Made by a program: the position numbers and the translations under genes. DNA of 63,839 nucleotides, counting the filler, from Octopus bimaculoides (lineage: Eukaryota): the NCBI RefSeq assembly GCF_001194135.2. It is 5 parts of 5 records of this genome, joined end to end, with 100 filler letters (N's around TTAATTAATTAA, not from the genome) between each part and the next. Parts side by side here need not be neighbours in the genome. Positions count along the whole stretch, not along the records: positions 62,768 to 63,839 come from NW_026326085.1; 4 more parts are not named here. One strand, given 5' to 3'. Below the pieces are notes generated by a model. That model searched no databases. It saw nothing but the letters and a program-made list of their open reading frames with translations, and had not been told where the DNA came from. Each line of letters begins with the position of its first letter. Within the stretch, counting starts at the first letter, position 1. Below, one piece after another: positions 63,349-63,839 of this stretch.

Positions 63349-63839
63349 TTACAATATGCTTTAGAATATATACACATTAAAAACATTAAAATATAAATTT
63401 TCACTCATTACCACAACTAATTATTGATGATTCTTTTAGAATATAACATTATTTTAATATATATTTATTTATGATAGATATGTTGCTATTAATACTTTGT
63501 AATATTTAAGTGTAAACAGAATTTAACGTTTGGCAAATATCAATATTTAAAAGCTATTTTCAATAGTTTCAATTTTCAATTAGAAAGGTGAATATAATTA
63601 ATTATAATGAAAGAAGCATTGCTTTTAAAAAGGTGAATTAGAATGAGAAATGGCGGAGCACAATCCTAGAATATTCTTCAGTGTTGAACCTGAAAAAGTA
63701 TAAAACATGCAATAATTAAGCCTGCAAATGTACAGAGCACGAAGTTAGAAAGCCTAAATTATTGCTACCGAAGATATAATTTAAAACTAACTTAGTAATA
63801 CATGCCCTTTCGTGGGGGTTTTTTTTTTTTTTTGGAAAA

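Overview
Eukaryotic, very AT-rich, microsatellite-dense draft-assembly sequence with many N gaps. The SINE repertoire and repeat content suggest a cephalopod, probably Octopus (inference, not checked). No intact protein-coding gene is recognisable, and most six-frame ORFs are microsatellite or gap artefacts. The window is a transposon graveyard. It holds at least four tRNA-derived SINE families (labelled A-D here), decayed Penelope-like elements (PLEs) of two types, R4/Dong LINE pieces next to (TAA)n/(CAA)n, RTE and CR1-group LINE relics, a near full-length dead Tigger, a mini-mariner and Tc1/mariner-type MITEs. The most interesting signals are RNA-structural. Several minimal type I hammerhead ribozyme (HHR) motifs with palindromic stem III are present; the best are at 28829-28871 and 62587-62640. 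The second lies just downstream of a ~283-nt near-perfect hairpin and a second half-ribozyme motif, a retrozyme-like arrangement. Other points: (TTAGGG)6 inside a Tigger end, a recurring head-to-tail SINE junction, an old duplication that conserves a 58-nt mini-intron, and a few phase-compatible candidate exons. All calls were made by eye; no searches or folding programs were run, and most repeat boundaries are approximate.
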